Source: Planctomycetota bacterium (GTDB taxonomy: Bacteria; Planctomycetota; UBA1135; UBA2386). Taken from it: a stretch of DNA of 64,000 bases. How positions within the stretch are numbered: the stretch's first letter is position 1; every line of letters begins with the position of its first letter. The position numbers and the translations under genes were made by a program. The stretch lies in the NCBI GenBank assembly GCA_947444055.1, contig CANEYR010000011.1, positions 8,534 through 72,533 on the forward strand, written 5' to 3'. Positions 55,733-64,000 of this stretch are shown here, piece after piece. The notes under the pieces were generated by a model, which made no database searches, was not told the origin of the DNA, and worked only from the letters and a program-made list of their open reading frames with translations.

Positions 55733-56752
55733 TCAACGGCCGAGCAGCCGCGCCACCTCTTCCGCACAGCCCCACGCCAACGTGTAGCCCGAGCCGCCGT
55801 GGCCATAGTTGTGCACGAGACGCCGCCCATCGGATCGCACTTCCGGCTCCAGGCGCACGGTCCGCCGATACGGTCGCAGACCAACGCGCACGGTGCGCAC
55901 GCTCGCACTGTGTAGGTTTGGCACGCGAACGCCGATGCCATCGAGGATCGCCTGCGTGTCACCCGCATCCGGCGCCAGCCGCGCGTCGCCAACCTGCGCC
56001 GTGCCGCCAAGCACGATGTCGTTGCGGCGCGGGATGACATAAAAGGGCTGCGCTCCGGTGTCGTCGATCCAGGCTGGGCCGGCGTAGGTACCCTCGACCA
56101 CCACCACTTGGCCGCGCACAGGTTGCAGTTCTCGATCGTCACACAATTCGCGGGCGCCGAGCCCCGTGCAGTTGACGACCAGCGGCGCGCACGCCAACGC
56201 CTCGTCCCACCCACACAGTTCCCGACGCACAAGACGCCCGCCGCGCGCCAGCAGCGTGGCCACCAGCCACGGTAGGTACACCGGCACTTCACACACTGGC
56301 ACATCAACGGCGATTGCCGCCCGGTACGGCGCTGGCACCCGCTCTGGCGGCAGACGCTCGACGCCACCCGCCGCCGATGCCCACCACAAATCAGGGTGCT
56401 GCTCGGCGAAGACTTCGATGCACGCCTGCATGCGCACGCCAGTCGCCGCGTCGCGAGCCAGTGAAACCAGGCGCTGGAACGTCACCGCACTCCACCGCAG
56501 CACGCGATCGCGCGGTTGGGCCAGGAACGGATACCAGATTGCACCCGCCACCGCCGACACCGTGTCCGCCGGGTCGTCCTTCGTCCACACTTCGACCGAC
56601 CAGCCGCGTTCTTGCAGCACGAGTGCGGTGGTCAATCCGATGACGCCAGCGCCGACGACGAGAACCTCAGCCACGAGGTCCGCAACCGTTGGGAGAAGGT
56701 GAATTCGACATGCGCCGACGCAGCCTACCACGCGCCCGGCGCCCTCTCGCAA
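55733..56752 (-). CDS. FAD-dependent D-amino-acid oxidase family protein
   Basis: It has the dinucleotide motif VVGAGVIGLTTA and the C-terminal DAO signature HNYGHGGSGYTLAWGCA. The start is uncertain. Confidence 0.8.
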   Translation of the reverse strand: MREGAGRVVGCVGACRIHLLPTVADLVAEVLVVGAGVIGLTTALVLQERGWSVEVWTKDDPADTVSAVAGAIWYPFLAQPRDRVLRWSAVTFQRLVSLARDAATGVRMQACIEVFAEQHPDLWWASAAGGVERLPPERVPAPYRAAIAVDVPVCEVPVYLPWLVATLLARGGRLVRRELCGWDEALACAPLVVNCTGLGARELCDDRELQPVRGQVVVVEGTYAGPAWIDDTGAQPFYVIPRRNDIVLGGTAQVGDARLAPDAGDTQAILDGIGVRVPNLHSASVRTVRVGLRPYRRTVRLEPEVRSDGRRLVHNYGHGGSGYTLAWGCAEEVARLLGR

Positions 56753-56780
56753 GTCCGCAGCGACGACCTACCATCCGCTG

Positions 56781-57845
56781 ATGGCCGTCGGTCCTGCCCC
56801 CGCTGCAAACGCCCGCCCACTCGCGCGCCGCCGACGCCTGCTCTTCGCATTGCTGCCGCTGCTCGCCCTGCTGCTTGTCACCGAGGTCACCATTCGCCTA
56901 GTGCGCGCGCCGGGTCACTTCGGCAGTTTCCGCGACTTGCGCACGGACTTGCTGCACCGCAACTACCCAGCCGAACGCCACGCCACGCTCGGTTACGTGC
57001 CGCGCGCCAACTTCGCCAGCCGCGACAACCACTGGGGCACCCAAGTCTCGATCGATGGCGATGGCATGCGGCGCCACGGCGCCACCCCGACCCCGGTCGG
57101 CACGCGTGTCATCGCGACCGTCGGCGACTCGTTCACGTTCGGTGACCAAGTCGACGACGACGCCACGTGGCCAGCCCAACTCGAAGTGCACATGCAGCAG
57201 CCGGTGAAGAACGGTGGCGTGTTCGGCTACAGCCTCACCCAATCCGTGCTGCGCGCCGAAGACATGCTGGAGCGCTTTCCCGTGCAAGCGTTGGTCGTCA
57301 GCTTCATCGCCGATGACCTGACTCGCTGCGAGTATGCCAAGCGCTACACGCCGCTGCCTTGGTTTGACTTCGCCGGCGACGGACTCGTGCTGCGCAATGT
57401 GCCGATCGACCACGCGGCAGCAAGTAGTGACTCAAGCAAGGCCTGGAAAGACCTGCTCGGCCACAGCGCCGTGCTCGATGCGATCTTCGCCAACACCGCG
57501 CGCGCGTGGTGGGTTGAGAACGAGAAGCAGGTCACGGTGCCGCATCTGGTTGGCCGCGGCAAAGACCTTGGCAAGCGCTTGCTCGATCGCATCGCCGGGG
57601 CGTGCAAACGGCGCGACGTGCAACTGCTGGTGGTCTTGCAAGGCGATCAGTCGAACGAAGCGGCTCTCGAAGTGATGCAGCACGCGGCGGCTCGCGGCCT
57701 GCCTACGCTGGACCTGGCGACGCGCTTTGCCGCGCTGCACACCACCGATCCCTCCCTGCACGGGCGCTTCTTCGCGGGCCACATGACGCGCGAAGGCAAC
57801 CGCTGGGTCGCGCAGGAAATAGCCGCCGCGCTACGCAAGGGCTGA
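56781..57845 (+). CDS. SGNH/GDSL-type hydrolase-like protein with N-terminal anchor
   Basis: It has a TM/signal anchor (LLFALLPLLALLLV) and a block I-like motif VIATVGDSFTFGD. Confidence 0.55.
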   Translation: MAVGPAPAANARPLARRRRLLFALLPLLALLLVTEVTIRLVRAPGHFGSFRDLRTDLLHRNYPAERHATLGYVPRANFASRDNHWGTQVSIDGDGMRRHGATPTPVGTRVIATVGDSFTFGDQVDDDATWPAQLEVHMQQPVKNGGVFGYSLTQSVLRAEDMLERFPVQALVVSFIADDLTRCEYAKRYTPLPWFDFAGDGLVLRNVPIDHAAASSDSSKAWKDLLGHSAVLDAIFANTARAWWVENEKQVTVPHLVGRGKDLGKRLLDRIAGACKRRDVQLLVVLQGDQSNEAALEVMQHAAARGLPTLDLATRFAALHTTDPSLHGRFFAGHMTREGNRWVAQEIAAALRKG

Positions 57846-57871
57846 GGCGGCAAGCAACGCCGGTCAGAAGG

Positions 57872-60460
57872 TCAGAACAGTCGGACGCGGTAGCCGTTGG
57901 TCAGATCGAAGCGGACACCGATGCCGATATCACACGCCAAGGTCGGCCCGAACAGCTGCAGACCTTGGGTGTAGAACTGCAGACCAAGCCCCGAAGGCAC
58001 CATCGGCATCTGCCAATTGTGGCTGCTGCCGACGAGCATCAAGTCGACGCTCGCATGTTGCACGCAGCCGCAGAACGGGGCGAGCGCCACATTCGGATCG
58101 GTCAGACCGATGAACACCATGGGGAACGCAGACGGATCCCCGCCCACCAACTCGAACTGCAGCACACCGCCGATATGGGGGGCGCCACGCACTTCGAGGT
58201 TGGCGCTCGAACACGTGCCGCCGAGGTTCGCCACACCACCGGGCGGCACCGTCGACGAGCCGTAGAACTTGAACGGCACGCCCTGACCAACGCCGCCACT
58301 GGTGATTGGCGACCAAGTGAAGAACGAGCTCTGCACCCCATCGCCGGTCCACGGGGCGTCCTTCACCGTGATCGGCACGACGAAGGGCCCCGCAGCGAGA
58401 CTGCCGCTGAGTTGCACGCGCAGGTAGTGACGGCCGCCGGGCACGCTCGCCGAGTTGATCGTCAGCGGCACTGGCAGACCGACCACCACCGACTGCACTT
58501 GCCGCGTCGTATCGGTCAGCAACGTGTCGTCAACGCGATAGATGCCCGTCATCGACGTGCGCACCGAGTAGCCCGGCGTCGTGACCAGGTTGTTGAGAAT
58601 GCCTGGACTGCCAGCCACTGGCACGCCAACGGTGCTGGGGTCGCCGTTGTAGACCTCGAGGAAGACGCCGGTGATGGACGGCGCGGTCGCCGTGTCTTGG
58701 TAGGCAAAGACCTCGATCGCGCTGACGCACCAAGTGCCGTTCGTCACAAAGTCATCAGCGAGCGTCCAGTTCGCGGAGGCCGACGGGAACGCGTCGTAAC
58801 CAAGCACCGTCAATCCATGCGGCGGGCTGGTCTGCACCACGCTGGCGGGCGCGCCACCAGCCCCAGCCGTCGGATCACTGATGATCGGGCCGGCGTTGTA
58901 AATCTCGGGGCGCTGCAGGACGAGATCGAAGAGTCCCGCTGCTTGGTTCTTGCCGCCGACGCGAACGAAGTAGCTGCCGCCCGCGAGGTTCATCGTCAGG
59001 GTCGATCCCTGCCCACAGGCTCCGCCGGTGTCATCGTTGCAGGCGATCGGAACCAGGCCCGCACAGGTGCCGCCGAAGACCTGCAGCACGGTGTCGATGG
59101 TGCGCGTCGGGGTGCACGTCGTGAACGTGTGATCGCCGGCGCACGTGGTGAACGAGAACCACATGTCGCGCCCGACATTGGTCCCGCACGCAAAGGCTTG
59201 CACCGAGTTCGTGCTGCCGACGTTGTTGAACGGTCCATTGACGCCGAAGGCGAGCGGCATGGCGGTCGCACAGTCGTCGTTCGTCACCACGGGCGACGCC
59301 ACCGCGAGAATCGCCGCTTGCACGCCGGTGTGCAGAATGCTGGTCCCGAAGTTGGCGGTGCTAGCCGTGGTGCAAGCCCCGTGCGTATGAATCGCCACCG
59401 CCGCACCCGTCGTGTTATCGACCACCGGTCCGCCCGAAGTGCCGCCGCAGGTGTCGATCACGTATTCGAGCCGGAAGCCGGTGACTACCACCAGCCCGCC
59501 GCTGTGCACCTGCTGGACCTGGTTTCGCGTTCCCGTGCCGCTCGCGGCCGAGCACTGGCAGCTGGCGTTGCCACCGGCCGCATTGTTCGCGTTGGTGCCA
59601 TCGAGGCCAAACCCGATGTTGGCCAGAGAAGTCGCCAAGGGCGGCATCACCGTGGCCAACGTGAACGCGGCCCCTTGCTCCTGAAAGGTCGTGCGCCCAG
59701 TCGTCGGATTGGGGAAGCAACGGAACGCCCAATAGTCATTGGCCACGCCAGCGTCGAGGTACGCCGAGACGGACAAGTCGACCATGAACTGCTTGGCCGG
59801 CGGCGGGAACACCAACGAGCAATTGGCCGAGGAGGCCGGCACATCGAACTGCAGCACCTGGCCATTCGCGAAGCAGTGCCCCGCCGACAAGTGCACTTTG
59901 TCAGGACCGCTCGGGTAATTGATGATCCAGCCCGTGCACCCAATCGGGTCGAGACGACCCGTGCGCGCATCCGTCGACGGCATTCGATTGTCCTGCGATC
60001 CGCAGATGGAGTCAGGCAGCAAGACCGTCGGGTTGATGTCGCCGGCGACGACCTGCTGGATGTCGACGAGGTTGCCCTGCGTGTTCGGGCCGGCCACGAG
60101 CTCTACCAACACCGAGCTGCCGTTGAAGTAGCAACTGGTGTTGCCCCATTGCGCCAAGTGTTCGCGGCGCATCGTCATCGTCTGCCCATCCAGCACCGAA
60201 GTGATGCGCAACAGACTGCCCCGGCCGAGTTGCGCATTGTGGAAGTTGAGCCGCAACCACGGTGTGCCGACTGGCAGCATGACGAACTGGCTCCAAACGA
60301 CGACATCGATCGGCAGCGCGTTGGCGTGCACACCACTCTGCACGGATACGTATTCGAGGTGGCTCGGCGGCGGACTCGCTTGCGCGCCTAGCGGCGCTAT
60401 CAGCAACGAGCACGCCAGGAGGGCAATCGACAACGGGGCCAGTGCAGATTGGGGACGCAT
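57872..60460 (-). CDS. Secreted trypsin-like (S1) serine protease with pre-peptidase C-terminal-type and further beta domains
   Basis: It has a signal peptide, the His motif LSAGHC and the Ser motif DTCGGTSGGPV. A Cys-rich PPC-like domain is present (DDCATAMPL...DMWFSF...VRVGG). Confidence 0.75.
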   Translation of the reverse strand: MRPQSALAPLSIALLACSLLIAPLGAQASPPPSHLEYVSVQSGVHANALPIDVVVWSQFVMLPVGTPWLRLNFHNAQLGRGSLLRITSVLDGQTMTMRREHLAQWGNTSCYFNGSSVLVELVAGPNTQGNLVDIQQVVAGDINPTVLLPDSICGSQDNRMPSTDARTGRLDPIGCTGWIINYPSGPDKVHLSAGHCFANGQVLQFDVPASSANCSLVFPPPAKQFMVDLSVSAYLDAGVANDYWAFRCFPNPTTGRTTFQEQGAAFTLATVMPPLATSLANIGFGLDGTNANNAAGGNASCQCSAASGTGTRNQVQQVHSGGLVVVTGFRLEYVIDTCGGTSGGPVVDNTTGAAVAIHTHGACTTASTANFGTSILHTGVQAAILAVASPVVTNDDCATAMPLAFGVNGPFNNVGSTNSVQAFACGTNVGRDMWFSFTTCAGDHTFTTCTPTRTIDTVLQVFGGTCAGLVPIACNDDTGGACGQGSTLTMNLAGGSYFVRVGGKNQAAGLFDLVLQRPEIYNAGPIISDPTAGAGGAPASVVQTSPPHGLTVLGYDAFPSASANWTLADDFVTNGTWCVSAIEVFAYQDTATAPSITGVFLEVYNGDPSTVGVPVAGSPGILNNLVTTPGYSVRTSMTGIYRVDDTLLTDTTRQVQSVVVGLPVPLTINSASVPGGRHYLRVQLSGSLAAGPFVVPITVKDAPWTGDGVQSSFFTWSPITSGGVGQGVPFKFYGSSTVPPGGVANLGGTCSSANLEVRGAPHIGGVLQFELVGGDPSAFPMVFIGLTDPNVALAPFCGCVQHASVDLMLVGSSHNWQMPMVPSGLGLQFYTQGLQLFGPTLACDIGIGVRFDLTNGYRVRLF

Positions 60461-60618
60461 GATGACTCAACCTCGGGACGACGGCCGCGAGCGAGATGCC
60501 CGACGGAAGGCGGAAATCATGCGCAAACGGCGAAGGCGCGGGAAGGGGCTGGCGGCGATGGCGGCGATGGTGGGTCGGCAAGTCCGCCGTTGCTCGCCTT
60601 CCCAGCCCTGACAGTCGG

Positions 60619-61102
60619 TCACTTCTTGTCGGCGAGCCAACGCTTCACGCGCGCATACCAACTGCTCGCCCAACACCTCGCGACAAGTTCCTCGTACTTC
60701 TTCCAACCGCCATCGCGATCACCCTTCTGAAACGCGTCCCGCGCTTCGCCAAACAGCTGCTTCGCTGCCCCTTCCTGGTGTTGTCGCAGCTCGCCGAACT
60801 TGCCCATCACCTCGCGCGCAGCGTCCGCGAACTCGAAGGCATCGCGAAACACCAAAAAGTCGCCGACCCAGCGTCGCGTTCAACTGCACCTGCCCTTCTT
60901 GCGCCTCCACCTTCAGGTCCTTGCCCGAACGCGACGCCCGCAGCGTCGAACCGTCGCCGTAACGACCGGTCCACTGCTGTCCCTTGCCGGCCAGCTCGAG
61001 CACGCCGCGGGAAGTGAACCAAGTGCCGCTGACTTCTTGCGCTAGCCCGGCGACAGACGCGAGAACGGCGGCCAACGATGAACGCACGATGCAGGTGAGC
61101 AT
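60619..61102 (-). pseudogene. Small secreted protein split by a 1-nt frameshift in an A5/T5 run
   Basis: ORFs 60719..61102 (signal peptide MLTCIVRSSLAAVLASVAGLA) and 60619..60855 overlap in different frames. The total span is 484 nt (3n+1). Removing one base of A5 at 60854-60858 gives one 160-aa ORF. Confidence 0.55.
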
Positions 61103-61174
61103 GGAACCTCGGAGCGTGAAGCTAACGCACCCCGACCGCGCCATGTAAGCAGCGCGTCAACCCGCGCGCTCAGC

Positions 61175-61894
61175 TCAGTAGTCGACGTCGTTCTTGCTGA
61201 CGATCAACACCACATCCGAGACGCCCGCGATGCGGCTCAACGCCGCCGTCAACTGCTCGGCGCGCGCTTCCGCCAACAACGTCACGTCGTAGGTCAGCCG
61301 CAGGCTCTTGCCGTCGCCCGATGGCTCGATGTGCAGCATGTTCGACCGCTTCGAAAACTCCGGCAGCAACTTCAAGTAGGCCTCGCTGTTCTGGGCCTGA
61401 TCGAACGTGAAGCGCAGGATGAACTCACTCTTGTAGAGCGCGCCAAAGTTGAGCGCGTGCATCGCCACCGCCAGCGCCGCGACGAGGCCGACGCCAATGC
61501 CCGCCAACTCCCAGTAGCCGAGTCCCGCCGCCATGCCGAGCGCCAACGCCGCGAACACAAACGAGGTGTCGCGCGTGTCCTTCACCACCGTGCGGAAACG
61601 GATGATCGATAGCGCGCCGACCAACGTGAACGCCGTCGCCAAGCTGTTGCGCACCGTCATCATCACGATCGCGACGATGGTGGCGATGAACACGATCGTC
61701 TGCGTGAACGATTGCGAATAGGACAGGCCCTTGTGCGTCGCGCGGTAGACGAGCGCCAAGACCACACCGAGCCCGGCGGCAGCGAGGCTGCGCACGATCA
61801 GTTGGTAGGTGCTCAGGGACATCACGGTGTCGACGGCGGCTTGGCCGACACCTTGGGGCAATTGCGTCAGAGTCGTAAGCAGCATGGCATTCAT
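61175..61894 (-). CDS. DUF4956 domain membrane protein
   Basis: It has TM helices and the conserved segment LSIIRFRTVVKDTRDTSFVF. It lies directly downstream of the VTC-domain gene. Confidence 0.8.
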   Translation of the reverse strand: MNAMLLTTLTQLPQGVGQAAVDTVMSLSTYQLIVRSLAAAGLGVVLALVYRATHKGLSYSQSFTQTIVFIATIVAIVMMTVRNSLATAFTLVGALSIIRFRTVVKDTRDTSFVFAALALGMAAGLGYWELAGIGVGLVAALAVAMHALNFGALYKSEFILRFTFDQAQNSEAYLKLLPEFSKRSNMLHIEPSGDGKSLRLTYDVTLLAEARAEQLTAALSRIAGVSDVVLIVSKNDVDY

Positions 61895-62634
61895 GTCAGG
61901 CTAGAGGCGAGACCGAGCGCTTCGGTCGCGGCGCACACCTTCGAGATGGATTGTCGGCGTAGCTCGTACGCCTGCAGGATGCGGTGAAACCAAGCGGGCA
62001 CGTGGCGACGGAACTTGATCTCCATCACCGTGAACCCGCGCAACATCGCGCGCGCTGGCGCGACCTCGTCGAACATCGTGTCGGTCGCGCGCGCCGCCAA
62101 TTCGGCGTCGAACGTCAACCGGAAGTCAGGGTCGAACTTGCTGATGTACGGGCGCCGCAAGTAGTCGACGAGCACATAGGGCTGAATGCCGGCGCGAAAG
62201 CGGGCGCACTCGAACTGGTCGCGCACGTCGCCGGGCGCGGCGTTCACCAGCAATTCGCGCGACAGCGCCTCGCCACGCGCCCGCTTGCCCATCGCGGCCC
62301 CGATCGGCGTCCGGTGCTTGAACACGAGATTGTTGTGGCGGCCTTTGATCTCGAGAAACCACGGCGCCGTGTCCTCGACCTCACGGCCGTAGGTGCGCAG
62401 GCGAAACTTCGAACGCGTCAGGCGGCCGTCGTTCTTGTCGTGGAACGCCGAGAAGCGGCGATCATCGAAGTAGAGGCTGCGCACGAAATACTGCTGGTGC
62501 GCCTGCTTCTGCACGAACGGATCGAGCTCGACGAAATGCTGCAGTTCGGCCTCGACGGCCTCGCGCGTCGTGCGATCGAGCACGTACTTGAACTCAAACC
62601 GCAAGAAGTGCAGTGGCGAGGCGGCGGGCATCAT
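61891..62634 (-). CDS. VTC (polyphosphate polymerase / CYTH-like) domain protein
   Basis: It has LRFEFKYVL, YFVRSLYFDD, KFRLRTYG and FLEIKGRHN. The start is at MMPAAS and overlaps the upstream stop (ATGA). Confidence 0.8.
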   Translation of the reverse strand: MMPAASPLHFLRFEFKYVLDRTTREAVEAELQHFVELDPFVQKQAHQQYFVRSLYFDDRRFSAFHDKNDGRLTRSKFRLRTYGREVEDTAPWFLEIKGRHNNLVFKHRTPIGAAMGKRARGEALSRELLVNAAPGDVRDQFECARFRAGIQPYVLVDYLRRPYISKFDPDFRLTFDAELAARATDTMFDEVAPARAMLRGFTVMEIKFRRHVPAWFHRILQAYELRRQSISKVCAATEALGLASSLT

Positions 62635-63998
62635 CGCGACACTCCGCGACTCTGGCCCTGCGTCTGCTGCCACGCTTGCAGCGCCCCGGCCGGCAGGGCT
62701 TGCAGCACCGCCGGGAACGGCAGCGCGTCGCGTCGGCGCGTCGGCGCTTCTGCATCGCAGTCGACGAGGCGGGCGGTGTTGCGCATGCGCGTGCTAGTGC
62801 CGTCCACGTATTCCTGTTCGTACTCGGCCAGCAGCTCGCCTACCACACGGCTGTCGCTCACTTCGACGCGCGACCACGTGTCGGCGGTCGGCAGCGCCCC
62901 ATTGGCTTCGACGACGCAACGCTGCAGCCACAGCTCGCCGCCGGCGTCGTAGCGCCAGTTCTTCTTGTAGGCATTGGCCGCCTTGCCGCAGCGGCGGACC
63001 TCGCAGTGCAGCGCATGCGCAATCGAGCCGTCCTTCGCTTCGAGTGCCTTGCCGCAGCCGTCAAACAGGCAGCGCACCGCGAGCAGCACCGAACCCTCGC
63101 CGATCGAGACGCCCTTGTCGCCATTGCCTTCGAAGCGGCAGTTCTCGATCACGGCCCGCGAGGTCATCAGATCGACGCCGTCGTTGGCCGAACGCAGAAA
63201 CGAGGAGTCGCGGATGACGACGGTGCTGATGTCGCAATCGAGCGCATCGGCGCGCGCGCCCGCCAACACCACCCGGTCGAACACCACATCGGCGTAGACC
63301 ACGTGCACGAGGTCGTCGTACTGGTGGTTCTCGTGAAAGCGACAATCCTGCACGAGCACTTCGCGGCAGCCGTGCAGCGACACCATCGAGCAGTACTCCG
63401 CGAGCGGGACTTTGTAGCCACTGCCACCGGCGAACTCGCAGTGCTGCAGGACCGACTCGCTGCAGCCTGGTCCGTCCAACGCCACCGTTCCCCACGGGTC
63501 CTGGTCTTTGGTCTTCGGGATGAAGCGAATGGGCTGCGACGCCGTACCGCGTGCGGTCACCCTGCCATGGAACAGCAGCGATGCCTTCGGTCCGAGTCGC
63601 ACGATCGTGCCAGCAGCGATCTCGACCTCACCATGCACATCGCGCACGCCGTCGATCAGGACCTCCCCGCTCCATTGCTCATCTGCGAGCGACCGCCACG
63701 ACCGCTGCGCCGCGAACAACAAGTCGTGGACGTGCATCGGCAGAGACTCCCGTTGAGCCGCTCTGCCCACTCCCCTGCCGCGAGACGGGAAGACAGCAAC
63801 CGGAGCTTCGCCGACCCAATCGACCAGCCGAATGTCGAACGTCGCCGGCAAGCAATGCCGCGCGCCAGTGGAACAGTTCGGCGACCACAGCGGTGCCGAC
63901 TGTCCGCAGCCACCGAATGCGATCATCAAGCTGGTGCCGGTGGCCAACGCCGCCGGGTAGGGCACTTCCACGACATGCGGCCCGTCGGCGTGCTGCAC
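62631..63998 (-). CDS. Right-handed parallel beta-helix repeat protein (5' end at or beyond window edge)
   Basis: It has repeated ~22-aa turns (VQDCRFHEN, VIRDSSFLRSANDGVDL, IENCRFEGNGDKGVSI, LLAVRCLFDGCGKALEA). The ORF is open to the last bases of the window. Confidence 0.65.
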   Translation of the reverse strand: MQHADGPHVVEVPYPAALATGTSLMIAFGGCGQSAPLWSPNCSTGARHCLPATFDIRLVDWVGEAPVAVFPSRGRGVGRAAQRESLPMHVHDLLFAAQRSWRSLADEQWSGEVLIDGVRDVHGEVEIAAGTIVRLGPKASLLFHGRVTARGTASQPIRFIPKTKDQDPWGTVALDGPGCSESVLQHCEFAGGSGYKVPLAEYCSMVSLHGCREVLVQDCRFHENHQYDDLVHVVYADVVFDRVVLAGARADALDCDISTVVIRDSSFLRSANDGVDLMTSRAVIENCRFEGNGDKGVSIGEGSVLLAVRCLFDGCGKALEAKDGSIAHALHCEVRRCGKAANAYKKNWRYDAGGELWLQRCVVEANGALPTADTWSRVEVSDSRVVGELLAEYEQEYVDGTSTRMRNTARLVDCDAEAPTRRRDALPFPAVLQALPAGALQAWQQTQGQSRGVSR

Positions 63999-64000
63999 AC

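Overview
High-GC bacterial chromosomal segment, roughly two-thirds G+C or more by eye. It is densely coded, and the GC content produces many long antisense shadow ORFs.

Left to right:
- YegP-like gene and a frame-inconsistent lipoprotein region.
- A large anchored secreted protein, a ferredoxin and B12-dependent methionine synthase (metH).
- A secreted beta-sandwich-type protein and a ThrE-family exporter.
- A 9.3-kb minus-strand flagellar operon: flgB-flgC-fliE-fliF-fliG-fliH-fliI-fliJ-(MgtE_N-like)-fliL-fliM-fliN.
- A minus-strand ECF operon (fasciclin / ECF sigma / anti-sigma / SOUL / SRPBCC), divergent from a CarH-type B12-binding module that has no DNA-binding domain.
- egtD-egtB (ergothioneine).
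- A PAPS/glycan-export block: cysC, cysD, cysN-cysC fusion, Wzt/Wzm ABC exporter, cysQ, ATP-grasp.
- A ~4-kb island of visibly lower GC. It holds an IS91-family element (tyrosine recombinase plus Y2-HUH transposase) followed by what reads as an integron-type cassette array: three complete attC-like sites, one truncated, and no IntI in view.
- A multi-domain glycosyltransferase, a GH38 C-terminal relic, and a degenerate histidine-kinase/receiver hybrid.
- rph (apparently CTG-initiated) and rdgB.
- An AAA+/PD-(D/E)xK (DUF4143) ATPase preceded by a tandem 22-bp palindromic operator-like repeat.
- A giant membrane spermidine-synthase-like protein and scpA.
- Three secreted hydrolases that share a C-terminal module, plus a D-amino-acid oxidase and an SGNH hydrolase.
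- A frameshift-split small secreted protein.
- A beta-helix / VTC / DUF4956 operon running off the right edge.

No rRNA, tRNA or CRISPR array was recognised. Start codons are my best reading and may be off by a few codons. All family calls come from motif recognition by eye, not from searches.
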